64,000 bases of DNA from Scyliorhinus canicula (GCF_902713615.1 NC_052154.1:159566754-159630753); one strand, 5' to 3'; positions 24,441-38,261 are shown, counted from the stretch's first letter. Notes: generated by a model not told the origin, from the letters alone. Numbers and translations: made by a program.

Positions 24441-25245
24441 CAATAGATCACTTCTCAATCTTCAAAACTCCTAATTACATAACCCCAATTTACTGAGCCT
24501 CATCACAGGAAAACCCTCGCATCCCAGGGAAAGATCCAATGAATCTTTGCCCACTGCCTCCAATGTAAATATATATTTCCATATTACTTTGTGACAGAGA
24601 TTGATGACCTATATGGTGGGTGGATTGCCTAGTCAATTCATAAGGTCTGTCTTAGTTTTATCTGTCATTTAGTGTTATTTATAGTTTGGAATTGACCAAA
24701 ATTGTCCTGTTAGCAACATAAAAAATAGAAAATAAGAGCAGGATTAGATCATTCAGTCCATCAAACCTGCTCTGGCATTGAATTCTCTATCTCAAAGCCA
24801 TACTCGCACTTTCTCCCAATATCCCTTGATGCCTTTAGAGTCTAGAAATCTATCTACTTCCTTCTTAAATATGTTCAGTGACTTGGCCTCCACAATCTTC
24901 TGTGATAGAGAATTCTACAAATTCACCACCCAAAGAATGAAGAAGTTTCTCCTGATCTCAATTCTGTGTTAATTCATGTCTAACTGATCTGGATTCTGGG
25001 CTCGAGAGTGTGGAAGGTCACCTAAGTTAGTATTTAGTGTTTGCTTTGCTTCACTCTGCACAGCAATGTTCTTCCTGTTTTAATTGTGGAATCCTGTGGC
25101 TTCAATCTTTTGACAAATAGCTCGGAATTTGGATTTTTTTCTTGAAAACAAGGTACTGGTCTCTACCAAGATCGTAATAATAACTTAATAATATGAGGGT
25201 ACTATTATGTCAAATCCTGTTTTAAAATATTAAATTATTTTAAAG

Positions 25246-25584
25246 GATCTTTAGAATTGGAGATATTCCCCTCACCACTGGAAATTTCAGCAAATGAAGA
25301 TGCACTTCTAATGTGCAAATATGATCAACCAGAGTCTGATCTCACAGACATAGCTGTTCGATGGGCATTTAGTTCGCAAACAAACCAGAGAGATATGTAT
25401 ATATTTGACGGAGGAAATCATGACCCAAAAAGAACTGGAGCAAAGATGTTTGATGATGATATACGGAAAGGAAATGCTTCACTTTACCTTCCAAATGTAC
25501 AGTTTAATGAAGCAGGAACATACACCTGCATTGTTTTTGTTACTCCCCATAAAGAAGAGATTAGTTCAATTATGCAAGTATCAG
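25246..25584 (+). CDS. Ig V-set exon of a B7/NCR3LG1(B7-H6)/tapasin-like gene
   Basis: AAAG|GA TCT TTA...TCA G|GTAAGA, 339 bp, phase 1-1; LLMCKY..AVRW..GNASLYLPNVQFNEAGTYTCIVFVTP with both Cys and Trp; family assignment from motif recognition only. Confidence 0.9.
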
Positions 25585-25965
25585 GTAAGAAAGATTATCA
25601 TTTTCTCTTGTACTATAAAATAATTGTCACACTCTTAGTATCAGGCATTTATTGCTAGGTGCAATAATATATGTTGGCAATCTATAAGAAATAATAATGT
25701 ATTCCAAAATGAAACTTCTAGTTCCCCTGGTGACTCTGAACTCACCAGTTAGTAACACAATCACAAAGACTGCTGTCCATGCATGGGGGGAAAGCAGTAG
25801 TCAGATTACAAAGAGCAAGTGAAACTTGCAAAGGAAATCAAACAGAATAAAAAACACAATTAAAGAAGTGCTCAGGAGGACTTTGACTCTTGAAAACATG
25901 TAATGGTGATATTGTAAATAAAAGTAAGGAAATGGGGGAAATTTTGAATAATTTATTTGCAAACA

Positions 25966-26310
25966 GAGGCGCTACGGTGACACAGTGGTTAGCACTCCTG
26001 ACTCACAGCTCCAGGATCCCAGGTTCAATTCCAGCCTCGGGTGACTGTCTGTGTGGAGTTTGCACTTTCCCCTGGTCTGCATGGGTCTCCTCCAGGTGCT
26101 CCGGTTTCCTCCCACTGTCCAAAGATGTGCAGGTTAGGTGGATTGGCCATGCTAAATTGCCCCTCAGTGTCCAAAAGATTAGGTGGTGTTACTGGGTTAC
26201 GGGGGCAAGGTGGAGGCGTGGTATTAAGTCGGGTTCTCTTTCCAAGGGCCGGTATGGACTCGATGGGCTGAATGGCCTCCTTCTGCACTTTAAATTCTAT
26301 GATTCTATGA
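25966..26310 (+). mobile_element. tRNA-derived SINE with CR1-like tail, in the V-C1 intron
   Basis: GGCGCTACGGTGACACAGTGGTTAGC head; ..TTCTATGATTCTATG tail. Confidence 0.85.
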
Positions 26311-26509
26311 TTGACTCTTTGTAGTAGAGAAAGACAATAACGTGTCAGACTAGGAGACACAAAGAACTAATGAGCTGAATCAGTGTGGTAGCTTTTCCGA
26401 TACAACAGCCAGGGTGGAATGTTCAAGTTTCTCAGCAAAAATCAACAAAATCTAGTTTAATATGTGATAATGTATTAACAACTAACATGTCCTGTTCTCT
26501 TTTATACAG

Positions 26510-26824
26510 TCCAACCAAAAGTCAGCGTATCCGCACTCAAAGTTACAACTGCAAATGGTACAGGGCACTTCTTGGCATGCCATGTGAAGGAATTTTATCC
26601 TGAAAAGGTCAATATTAGTTGGTTGATATTAACAGATGGAAAACTGGAATATGCTTCAAAAAATCAATTCACCGAGGATCTAGTTAGGAACAGTGATGGA
26701 ACATTCAGCGTTTCCAGTAAAATAAGAATTGAACCAACACTGGATGATCGCACTAAGTATAGATGTGTGGTGAAACATAAAACCTTTCTTGGCAATTTTA
26801 CACTGGACGCTGACCGAGTGGAAG
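26510..26824 (+). CDS. Ig C1-set exon of the same gene
   Basis: ATACAG|TC CAA CCA...GAA G|GTAAGA, 315 bp, phase 1-1; LACHVKEFYPEKVNISW..NSDGTFSVSSKI..YRCVVKH. Confidence 0.9.
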
Positions 26825-27649
26825 GTAAGACCCGATTGAGAAGATGACAAGTTTTGCTTATAATATATTTATTTACAATAGTAAAGCTCCCATTACATTC
26901 GTAACATTCAAAGTGACAAATCATCTGCTTTTGCTGCAGGAATCTCAGGCCCCAGTTACACTGTTCCTGCGGGTGTTGTGAAATCAGCTGATTTGAAATT
27001 GGCTGAACCTGCCTCATCATATGTTCTTTCTTCTGTCTTGCACAATGTTCTTCTCCAACCTTGCAAGCAATGTGAATGGAATGGACATCCTTGATCTTCC
27101 CAACACAATAGAAGAGTACAATGAGATGTACTGCTCTTTTAATCCTTTCTAAGACTGAGGCTGATATTTTGTGTTTTATATTCAGAATACTTGAAATTAA
27201 TTTATGGGGAGAGCACTTAACTGTAGTGTTGAGATAGAGGATCAGCCATGATCATATTGAATGGTGGAGCAGTTTCGAAGGGCTGAATGACCTACTCCTG
27301 TTCTTAATTTCTATGTTTCGATGGAAGTTATAGAAATGACTGAAATCAGGATATAAACATTGGGTGCAATTTTCCTGGTGGATCAAGTGAGAAAAGCTGT
27401 GTGAAACTTGCCAGCTTCACAGCTGTCTTTTCTCCTGATTAAATGGCGCACTGTACAATATCAGAACCCTTCCTAGCTGGAGGGGCGGTGTCTAAACACA
27501 CCCGTAACACCGCCAATGTGAAAAAGGGCGTCCCAATCTCAAAGCTAAATTGAAATTGAAGCCTCCTCCCACTGAACATTGGGACCCTCCCCCATGGACG
27601 ACCATACATTTCGGTGAACAAGGGGAATGTGCCCCAACCACACAAGGCA

Positions 27650-27830
27650 GGGGCTGTTTAGCACACTGGGCTAAATCGCTGGCTTTGAAAGCAGACCAAG
27701 GCAGGCCAGCAGCATGGTTCGATTCCTGTAACAGCCTCCCCGAACAGGCGCCGGAATGTGGTGACTTGGGGCTTTTCACAGTAACTTCATTGAAGCCTAT
27801 TTGTGACAATAAGTGATTTTTCATTTCACA
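27650..27830 (+). mobile_element. SINE-like insertion in a MITE-like GC block
   Basis: GGGCTGTTTAGCACACTGGGCTAAATCGCTGG..GGTTCGATTCC head; tail shared with 44700-44790. Confidence 0.6.
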
Positions 27831-28619
27831 TGCAGAAGGGGACCCCCCACAACCCCATGGATAAGGGGAGCACTCCACACTCAGAAAGGGGCACCCCCTC
27901 ACAATTAAGGTGGGTAACACTCCCCCCACCCTGCATGTACCCTACAGGCCCTTTGCATCTCCCCCCACACCCGCAGTAGTTAGTTGCGCCTGCATGATGT
28001 CCTGCCGCTGGCGGGGGAGGGGGGAGTGGAGAGACGTCACAGATGGATATTATGGCATCAAGCCCATTAAATAAATTAAAATGTGTTTAAATTTATGGGG
28101 ATTACATCACTGGCGGTCTAGCGGGGTGGAGGGGGTGGTGGTGTTTCCAGGGACGATCTCAAACAGATCTCACTAGCGCATATCCGATTCCTGGCCACAC
28201 ACAAGATTTAGCGGCCATTGCGGGATTTGCACCCACGACTAACACAGCCTCTAGATCAGAGCTGCTGTCTCACTTACCTTGTCGTATTTGTCAATTTCTG
28301 CCATTCTACATATTTTCCCCTTTATTTCAATCTTGATATTCTGATTTCTCTCACCCAGCTCTTTAGAGGATTAGTATCACCCTAACACAGATCCCTATTT
28401 TGTAAATAACAAGTTTCGGCACAGTTTACGTGCCACAGCACATCTGAACAAAAGGCAGATAAATAGAAAGTGCCAAAGACAGGCATGCAGCGACAACGCC
28501 TGAATTCTGAACTTCGTACTGGAGTTAATCATTGAACATTGTGTATGTTTGGAGTTTGAACAGCATTCTTGCTCCTCCTAACCCGATAGGAAAAGGTTAA
28601 CAGTAAAAAGCACCATTTG

Positions 28620-31600
28620 TTTTTTTAAAAATATTTTATTCCAAAAATAAACAAACCAAAGCTAAAGCAAAATTATACAACATTATAAAGAATCAACACC
28701 CACTCCCCCACCCTGCTCTCCCTCTTCCGTCCTACCTTCCCCATTTTAAAACCCTTATCCCCACCCCCACCGCTTGCTGACTCCTCAATCCTCCTTAAAG
28801 AAGTCAATGAGTCAATGAATGGCTTCCACCTCCGGTTGAACCCATCAACCAAACCCCTCAAGGCGAACTTGACCTTCTCCAGCCTCAGGAATTCTGCCAG
28901 GTCACTCACCCACACCCTGCTTTTAGCGGCTATGAGTCCCACCATCCAAGTAAGATCCGTCTCCAGGCTATCAGGGAGGCAAAGGCCAAGGTATCAGCTT
29001 CTCTCACCTCCTGGACTCCCGGGTCATCCGATATCCCGAATATCACTCCATCCGGACTCGGGGACACATTCACCCTCAGCACCTCGGACATTACATCTGC
29101 AAACCCCTGCCAGAACCCCCTTAACTTCGGACATGCACAGAACATGTGGACGTGATTCTTGGGCCTCCCTACGCACCGCCCACGCTTGTCTTCTACCCCC
29201 TCAAAAAACCTGCTCATCTGCGCTACCATCAAATGTGCCCTATGGACCACTTTAAACTGAATGAGGCTTAGCCTTGCACACAACGAGGACGCATTCACCA
29301 TCCGCAGGGCCTCCACCACCCTTACCAGCTCCTCCTCCCATTTACGCTTTATATTCCTCAACGGGGCCCCCTCCCACTCCATCAGCTCCTTGTAGGCCTC
29401 AGACACCTTCCACCCCCCCAACTCGTCTTTCGCCAACACTTTGTCCTGCAACCCCAGGAAAAGACGACACGTCTCTCCTCACGAAATCCCAAACCTGGAG
29501 GTACCTGAAACTATTCCTCCTGGGCAGCTTATACCCTTTCTCCAGGCCCTCCAATTCTGCAAAACTTCCCCCTACAACCAGCTCATCAAATTGCACCATC
29601 CCTGCTCACCGCCACCCCGAATCCTCGCATATAGCACCCCTCCCTGGTGCAAATCTATGATTATCACCGATCGGTGCCCACACCCAGCATCTCCCAGTCC
29701 CAAATGTTGCCTCCACTGCCCCCAAACCCTCAAGCATCACCACTGGACTCACGGAGTATCTGGCCGGCGAGAACGGGAAAGGAGCTGTTAACAATGCCCT
29801 TAGGCTCGTTTCCCCGCAGGAAGCCGCCTCCATCCGCCCCGCCCATGCCGACCCCTCGCCCACTACGCATTTCATAATCATGGCAATGTTCGCTGCCCAG
29901 TAATAGTTTATTATATTCGGCAACGGCATCCCCCCCGTTCCCCCGTACCCTCTCCTCGCCTCCGCTCCAAAACCAGCCTCTTGACCCACAGGATCTTCTC
30001 ACCCCCCCCCCCCCCCCCCCCCCCCACCCCGAACCCCCCCAACACACACAAACCCAGAAATCAGCGCACTAACCATTTTAAAAAGTGACTTCGGCACAAA
30101 GATCGGGAGGTTCTGAAATACTAACAGGAAACTTAACAGCACAATCATCTTCACTGTCTGCAACCGTCCCACAAATCACAGTGTCAGCACATCCCACCTC
30201 CTGAAGTCCCCCTTCATCTGCTCCACCAGCCGAGTCAAATTTAACTTGTGCAGCTGCGTAAAGCCCCGTGTCACCTGAATGCCGAGGTATCTAAAGCTCA
30301 CCTCCACTACCTTGAACTGAAACTCAACTAACCTACTCGCCTGCCCTCTGGTCACAATCGGGAACCACTCTCTCTTTCCCATGTTCAACTTGTACCCGGA
30401 GAACCGGCCAATGTCTTCCACAATTCCCATAATGCCTGTTATGCTCCCCAATGGGTCCGAAATATATAACAGGTCGTCCCTGTGCTCGACGCCCCTCACA
30501 CACAATCCCCCCCCAATCCCTCAACGCTCTAAGTGCCATTGTCAGTGGCTCATTAGCCAAGGGAAAGAGCAATGGGGAGAGTGGGCGCCCCTGCTTCATC
30601 CCGTGATGCAGCTCTAAATATCCTGAACTCACCCGGTTCGTCTGCGAACTCGCGGCCGGTGCCTTGTTCAGCAACTGGACCCGGTCCACCAACCCCGAAC
30701 CGACCCAGCACCCCCCACAAACCTTCCCACACCACCCGGTCGAAAGCCTTCTCCGCGTCTATCGTAGCTGCCACCTCCACCACCTGCCCGCCCGGAGGCA
30801 CGACACACATGGCTCCGGATCCTTGTCCTTTTTCAGCATCAAAGAGATGGATGCCTGCGACAGTGTAGGGGGAGTAGGGCAGCGCGGTGGTTAGCACTGG
30901 AACTACGGCGCTGATGATTTGGGTTTGAATCCCGGCTCTGGGTCACTGTCCGTGTGGAGTTTGCACATTTTCCTCATCTCTGCGTGGGTTTCACCCCCAC
31001 AACCCAAAGATGTGCTGGTTAGCTGGATTGGCCACACTAAAATTGCCCCTAATTGGAAAATAATAATTGGGTACTCTAAATTTATTTTTAAAAAGTGTAG
31101 GGGGGAGTTCCCCCCTCCCCCTAGCCTCGTTATATGCCCTCACCAGCACTGGCCCCAGGCCCCCAAAACCTCTTATACCACCGGAAACCAATCTGGAACC
31201 GTGGCCTTCCCTGCCTGCATCACCCCCATGATTTCCAACCCTTCCACCAGCCCGATTGGGGCCCTCAATCCCTGCACCAAATCCTCGTCCTGTGTGGGAA
31301 ACTCCAGCCCATCCAGGAACAGCCGATTCCTTCCCCCCCTGACAGGGGTTCCCACTCATACAATGTCCTGTTAAAAGCCTCAAACTTTCACCCCCACGAG
31401 GTCTAACACCTTCCCATCTCGTCCTTTATCAATCTCCCTCGCCGGCTCCTGCTTCCTCAGCTGGTGGGCCAGCATCCTACTCGGCTTCTCACCATACTCA
31501 TATATTGCCTCCCTTGCCCTCTGTAGCTGCCCCACTGCCTTCCCCGTGGACACTAATCCGAACTCCATCGGGAGCCTTTGCCGCCCCCCAGTCCCCCCGA

Positions 31601-32520
31601 TCCACTCGCAAATCCACCCAGTGCAGCACGGGAAAAATATGAAAGTTCCTTCACTCTCAGCCTCCCAAACCCCGTAAGTCCAACCCCTCCCCCCTCCATG
31701 TACTGCATAAACCTCTTCAGCTCCTTCGCCACTGCCAACACCTTCCCCGACCTCAGGCTCGACCCGTCCAAACTTGGCTCTATGACCGTCTGGAAATTCC
31801 CACCCTATTGTCAACTGGTGCAAATCCAGGTTAGGAATCGTTCCCAGCACCTGCCTCATGAAATCTACATCATCCCAATTTGGCAACCCCTCCAGCTTCC
31901 CACTCACCATCACAAACCTCCCCGTGGATCTGCCACAATGCTCTCCTCCTCGAATGCCACCAGCTTATTCACCAGCATCGTCCCCTCCTCATCGTCGTGT
32001 CCAGTCCTGACTGGAACACCTGCCCCATCCATCCTTTCCTCAACATTGTCTGGTCCCCTATCTTTAAATGCGTCTCCTGCAAAAAAGTCACGTCCGCCTT
32101 CAGACTCCACAGGTTCTCGAACACTCATAACCGTTTGACCGGCCCATTCAGCCCCCTCCCGTTCCAGGTGACCAATCTGGTTGGGGGGGATCTCCCTGCT
32201 CCCCTATATGCGGATCAGCCATATCTCGTTTTGGGCCAGCCCCCAGCGCGTGTCACGCGACCCTCCCGGCCCACCCCCAGATGTCCACCATCATCGATCA
32301 TTTTCCAACTGCGCCATATCAACCACACCCTTGTCAGCAATCCACCCACCCCGAAACAAAACATCAACCCCACCCATAACCTTTTGTTTTTTAGCTAGAG
32401 GGGGTACTGAAGAATTGTGAAGCAGGGCAGAGCTGGCAGCTCTTCCACTCACTCTACGGACACTTTTCCACATTCGGGCCTTCAACGAGGGTTCAACTCC
32501 TAAGCAACAAATCCAAAGAG
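28620..32520 (-). mobile_element. L1-clade LINE ORF2, degenerate, antisense in the C1-TM intron
   Basis: VDFMRQVLGTIPNLD (EN), GMKQGRPLSPLLF (RT), LSLIQFKVVHRAHL (C-term); A/T-rich 3' tail at ~28620; SINE inserted at 30878-31093. Confidence 0.85.
30878..31093 (+). mobile_element. tRNA-derived SINE
   Basis: GGGCAGCGCGGTGGTTAGCACTG head; A-rich tail. Confidence 0.8.
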
Positions 32521-32617
32521 CCTGATGCCTGTTTTAGGCAACCTCCTTGGATAACTTTTAAGAAGTTAGTTTCAGACTAAATTTGTCATGGCAACATGCA
32601 ATTCAAATGGATATACA

Positions 32618-33226
32618 GGGCTGGATTCTCCGATCGCTGATGTCAAAATTGCGTTCGCCGATCGGCCGGAGAATCCACTTTTATGCCGGAATCGGCGGGG
32701 CGCTCTTTTTGCGATGCTCCACCCTGTCAAAAACAGCGGACTCGAATAGTACACTGCACACTGTCGGGATGGTCTCAGGACATCACCTGAGGCTTTCCCC
32801 AGATGCCCCGCCCCCGATGGGCTGATTCCCCGACAGCGTGCCTGGTGTGTTCTCACACCGTTCGGGGATCTCGCATGGCGGCTGTGGACTGAGTCCCACT
32901 GGCAGGGGGAGCTTCGGCGGGGACTGGTGGGGGGTGGTCCGGTGGTGGCGAGCCTGGTTACAGGCGGCAGTTTTTATAGGCCGGGTTTGCACGCGGCCGG
33001 CGCCATGTTGCATGGCGAGGCCACCTCAGGCCGCTGCCATGTGCATGCATGGCCATGGACCCGGCCATTCGGCGGCCGTATCCACAGGTAACGCTGAGGG
33101 CTTTACGCTGCGCGGCTGCTAGCCCCCCCATCGGGCGGAGGATCGGTGCGCGGGCGGGGCGTACTTTCTGGTTATAAGACCAGTCGGATCCTGCGGATAT
33201 AGCTGCAGGATCGGAGAATCCAGCCC
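32618..33226. mobile_element. Harbinger-type GC-rich MITE
   Basis: TIR GGGCTGGATTCTCC...GGAGAATCCAGCCC. Confidence 0.85.
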
Positions 33227-33383
33227 GTCATCTATACCAATTTCCCGCCCACATTTGACAATAAATAGATCTGATTAATAGAACGGGACAAATGCAGCTT
33301 CTAATGAATATATTCAAAAGATGCAATTATTTATTGGCAAGTTTTCAAAGATTTGTGTATGTTTTTTACTTTAACAGAATAAG

Positions 33384-33476
33384 TACCACAAGGAGCAATT
33401 ATTGGAGCCATTTGTGGCTTTGTCTTGGTTTGTGCAGCATGTTTCGGACTCTATTTCTGGATCAAAAAACGTAAAG
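33384..33476 (+). CDS. Transmembrane exon (acceptor ambiguous: 33378 or 33384)
   Basis: (V)PQGAIIGAICGFVLVCAACFGLYFWIKKRK G|GTAC: hydrophobic stretch plus basic stop-transfer, phase 1 donor; the upstream CAG acceptor would put TAA in frame. Confidence 0.7.
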
Positions 33477-34594
33477 GTACGGTTATTTTCATCTCCAAAA
33501 AGAATAACTGCAAATGCTAAAGTGAGAACAACCCTGGTTTTTGGAACTTTGCATGGCACTTTGTCTAAAGAAGTTGATTATATGTTGCTAATATTTTCAG
33601 CTGTATCAAGGTAATGATTTCTTGGCTGGCAGGTTATCACATTGTTTTGTTTTTCTAACACTGGTTTTGGCTAATATTGGCTGGCCTCGTTTTATTGTTG
33701 GGCTCTTAATCCTTTCATCACAAGTTAGAGTCATTATGGCACAGAAGGAGGCCGTTCAGCCTATCAAGTCCATGCTGGCCCTCTGTGGAGCAGTCCAGTC
33801 CGTCTCCTTTGCTTGCTCTATCCCTCCAGTAAAGCAGGTTTATTTCCCTCATGCCCATCCTACTTTTGAAATCACTGATTACCTCCCACCACCTGCGAGG
33901 CAGGGACTTCCAGGTCATTACCAGCCGTTACGTAAAAACGTTCTTCCTCATTTTCCCTCTTCATCTCTCACCAAAAATGTTACATTTGTCATCAGCACTT
34001 GTAGCATCAGTTTTTTTGTATCTACGGTGGGGGGCGAATTTCAGTCCACATTCACTGTCAGAGAGAATCTCTCCGGAGAGATCGTGTTTCCCGATTTTCC
34101 ATGCCCCTCAGCAGTGACATCACAAGGTTCACACCCACAAAGGGCAAGAACCTTATTTGAATGGATTTAAATAAATTTTTATACAATTACTCAGCCTCCT
34201 GCCCCCCCCCCCCCCCCCACCCCCGCCACCAACACCTGAACCCCCTTCACTGAATAATCACAACAGTTTTTGAAAACCAAGATTCACTCAAAGGGGATCC
34301 CTTCGTGGGCACAAAGGTAAGTATAGCCCTTGGCGGGGGGGAGAGGGACATGTCCTGACAGTGCCCTGGCACTTCATTGGCACTGCCCCACCACAGATTT
34401 GCATTGCCAGAATGGAACCATCAGGTTAGCACCACCATATGAGCACTGCCATGTTGACATTGTGCCAGGTCACTTCCCAACTACCAACCTAGTAGTGCCA
34501 GCCGGTGCCAGGGGGCCGTCCCAGGGCAGGCCCTCATAGGATCTCCATGGAGGTGGGTTCCAATTTTGTGTGGTGGCAGGGCCGCCCCCTTGAT

Positions 34595-34643
<49 letters not shown>

Positions 34644-34955
34644 GGGGGGGGGGGGTCCCTTCAGTGCTGCAGTGGAGTTTGTTGAAGTAAGTGAGCTGAG
34701 TATATGGAGCTGGCTTTGCTGGCTTATCAGGCCCTGTCCTGCCACAGCAACAATGTGAACCCACCTACTCAGTATTTTACTCAAAGGCTCATGATCTGGA
34801 GAGAAAACTGGTCTGTACAGCTGGAGGGCCACACGCTGGTTTTCAGTCTGAGCCTGACACTTTTGGAAAAAAAGGTAAGTTTCTTCCCTGCATTAATTAA
34901 ACTTGACTTAATCTTGAACACCTCTCTCAACTCACTCTAAATGTGGCCTAACCAG

Positions 34956-36498
34956 GGGCAGAATTCTCCGTTGGCTGAGGGCGAAATCGCAAAACGTGAT
35001 TGGGTGAAGAATTGGTTGCGATGCACAAATCACGGCGGAGCCGATTTGGCGCCAAATGACAATTCTCCGTCACCTCGACAGTGACATTAGTGCGGCCCAG
35101 CACGCACGTACAGTAAACACCGTTTGCTTGTCATTAGCGAGCCTGACGTGGTATTCTCTGAGGCCTCTGTGATGCTCCGCCTCCGATGAGCTGGGTATCC
35201 GATGGTGCTGTTCACTTGTGCTTTTAAAAATCATTAAACCGGTGTTCTGTCTGCTGAGGGGGAGAGAGGGGGAACAGAAAGCATCCAATATCACCATAGA
35301 TTGCTGGTCTGGGAAATTCTGCCAGGCCCGGAGGGAGTAGCGGGGGGTAGTCAGGAGGTGGGCTCTGGGGTCGGGGTGGACTGGCACGGAACACCATTGC
35401 CGGAGCTGGCAAGGCAACTATGCAGCTGCACACGCCACTAACAGCCCACTGTGAAGATAGGCCCCCTGGACCCGCCCCTACCAGGTGCCCTCTGGCCCCA
35501 GCCGACTATATGGGCATGCTCCAGCACAACGAGTGCCATCTTGTTGGCTGGGATGTGTGTGTGGGGAGTGCAGTGTGTATATGCGGCTGCAGCTTTTCAG
35601 CCTCCTGAGTGTCAATCACGGACCTGGCGAATCCTGCACCACTTTCCATTGGAATCGATTGTGCTTCACATGGCGCCAGTGCTAGCCCCTCAACAGTAAC
35701 GGAATCAGTCCAGGTTCGGCGCCAGTTTTGCTGTCATGAAAATCCATTAATTCCTTCCCGCCGTCAACACTTAGGGCGCGATTCTCCTCCCCCCCCCCCC
35801 CCCCCCCCCCCCACGCCGGGTGGGAGAATAGCGGGAGGGCCTCCCGACATTTTTCACACCCTCCCGCTATTCTCCCCCCCCTCCACGCCTGACCCATGCC
35901 ACGAATGGCCGCTCGCTGTTTTTTATGGTGAGCGGCGATTCTCCGAGGCTGATGGGCCGAGTGGCCGGGCCTTCGCGCCTGTTTCAACATGGCAGCAAAC
36001 ACACCTGCTTGCTGCCGTCATGAAATGGGCGCCAGATGCCCGTTTGGGGCATCTGGGGGCCCAAATGGCACGGCCGTACCACGGCCATGCCAAGGGGGGC
36101 ATAGGCCCGCGATCGGTGCCCACTGATCGCGGGCCGTGCGTCCATAACGGACGCACTCTTTTCCCTCCGCCGCCCGCAAGATCAAGACGTGGCGGCTGAG
36201 GGAAAGACGGCAACTGCGCATGCGCGGGTTGGCGTTATCCAACCTGCGCATGCGCGGCCGATGTTATCGGCCGCGTCAGCCGGCGTGATGCTTGACGTGC
36301 GGCCTTGACGACCGTCGCCAAGGCCGCGCTGCCGTGATGCACGGGGCCGCGCTCCTAGCCCCGCCCAGGTGAGAGAATCGGTCCCAGAAGTGGGCGTGAA
36401 GGCTGCCGTGGGTCACGGCCTGTCCTACAGCAGCCTTCACGATTCTCCGCATTTGCGGAGAATCTCGCCCTTAGTCTCAGGAATAGAGAATCCAGCCC
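34956..36498. mobile_element. Harbinger-type MITE with a nested MITE at 35774-36470
   Basis: Outer TIR GGGCAGAATTCTCC...GAGAATCCAGCCC; inner TIR GGGCGCGATTCTCC...GGAGAATCTCGCCC with TTA TSD. Confidence 0.8.
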
Positions 36499-37461
36499 CA
36501 GAGTTTTATAAAGGTTCAGCATAACCTGCTTGCTTTTGTACTCCATACCTCTTCTTATCTTGTCTGGAATCCTATTTGCTTTGCTAACTGCTCTCTCAAT
36601 ATGTCCTGCCTCCTTCAAAGATCTACGCATCAGAACTTTTGTCGCAGCACACTCTTTGGAACTGTGCCATTAAAATAGATTGCCTCTCCTTGTCCTATCT
36701 GTTTAAAATACATCACTTCACACAAGACCTGACATGGCAGATGGGGGTCAGCCAGCCAAAAGTCCATTGACTTCAGCAGCACCGTTAAATCCCTCTGGTG
36801 GGCAGCACCGGTAAAACACGCTATATCCTTGTGCAGTTGATTGGTAACATTTGCAGTGTTTGCCACATTCCAAGTTTGGCATCATTGGCAAACTTAGAAA
36901 TTTTTGTATTCCAATATCTAAGCAATTTATACGTAATGGTCCTACCACTGACCCTTGGAAACACCACTGTTTGTCATCCTTCAGTCTGAAAAACAGCCAT
37001 TTACCATAACTTGCATGTTTTGAACCTAAAGCTACATTTTTCTCCAAGCTGACACTGACTCTCTTATTAGATGGGTAGCCGTTGATAGTGATGGTGTTTC
37101 CCGTCCCTCCACCAAAAATGTTGGTGCGGAGTTCTTCCCTGCTTTGTAAGGTAGCTTCTCGGCTATTTAATGCTCTGAGGGGCAAGGTCTGTCTCCGAGA
37201 GCTGCTGGCCCTCTGATTGGCTGGCAGTTCTCTGAACCCAACAGCACCACTGCATCTAGTCCCAGTGCAGAAAAGCCAGGAACCAGATATAAGGTACGCC
37301 AAGTGGGCTGGTCACTTACAGGTCTCAATTGGGGTGATAGTGAATGGGCCACGTTGGCCCGCAGCCCCCCCCCCCCCCCCCCTCCCCAACCCTCCATTCC
37401 AAAAGTCCTACTTGACATTGTTCCTTGTTCTTCTCCGTAACATGTGATACAATAATCACTC

Positions 37462-37688
37462 TTTTTAAAAATAAATTTAGAGTACCCAATTCATTTCTTC
37501 CAATTAAGGGGCAATTTAGCGCGGCCAGTCCACCTAACCTGAACATCTTTGGGTTGTGGGGGCGAAACCCACGCAAACACGAGGAGAATATGCAAACTCC
37601 ACACGGACAGTGACTCAGAGCCGGGATCGAACCTGGGACCTCGTGGCCGTGAGATTGCAGTGCTACCACTGTGCCACCGTGCTGCCCT
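37462..37688 (-). mobile_element. tRNA-derived SINE (duplicated at 41083-41309)
   Basis: Minus-strand GGGCAGCACGGTGGCACAGTGG head. Confidence 0.85.
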
Positions 37689-38183
37689 AACAATGATCAC
37701 TCTTACCCAAGTGGTCCCCATAGATATATGGGGCGGGATTCTCCGTTTCTGAGACCCAGTCCTGGCACCAACAGTGACTACGTGAACTTGTACGACAAAA
37801 GAAATCGGTGCTGCCGGTGAGGGGCTAGCACAGGTGCCACATGGAACACCATCGATTCCCATGAAAAATGGTGCAGGAGTCGCCGGGTCCGTGATCGACA
37901 CTCGCAGGACAGACAAGGTACTGCCGCACATAAACATATACTCCCCTCACACACTTATCAAAGCCAACAAGATGGGACAGGTTGTGCTGGAGCGCCCACA
38001 CAGCTGCTGGGTTGGCTGGAGCCAGAGGGCACCCAGGAGGGTGCCCCAGGCAGGACAGCTATACGACTCAGGGTACTAGGTTTAAAGCGGGCTGTTAGCG
38101 CCATGCACAGCTGCACGCCCCGAGTTGTCACAATCAGGAGTTTGTGTGCCTGTTAATATATTTTGATTGTATTGTTGTTTCAG

Positions 38184-38261
38184 TGCCAAGCAAACAAGAG
38201 GAAAGTAAAGATGATAGTGGCAAAGCTCTTCTTGCAGACCTACATTCTCGCCTTGCAAGAG
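38184..38261 (+). CDS. 78-bp phase 1-1 post-TM exon, copy A1
   Basis: GTTTCAG|TG CCA AGC...GCA AGA G|GTAAAT; (V)PSKQEESKDDSGKALLADLHSRLAR. Confidence 0.65.

Noticed and set aside
25246-26824. Rearranging antigen-receptor locus (IgNAR/TCR/Ig)
   Set aside because: The V exon is complete through strand G and ends directly in a splice donor. I saw no heptamer-spacer-nonamer RSS; nearby CACAGTG hits are SINE heads.
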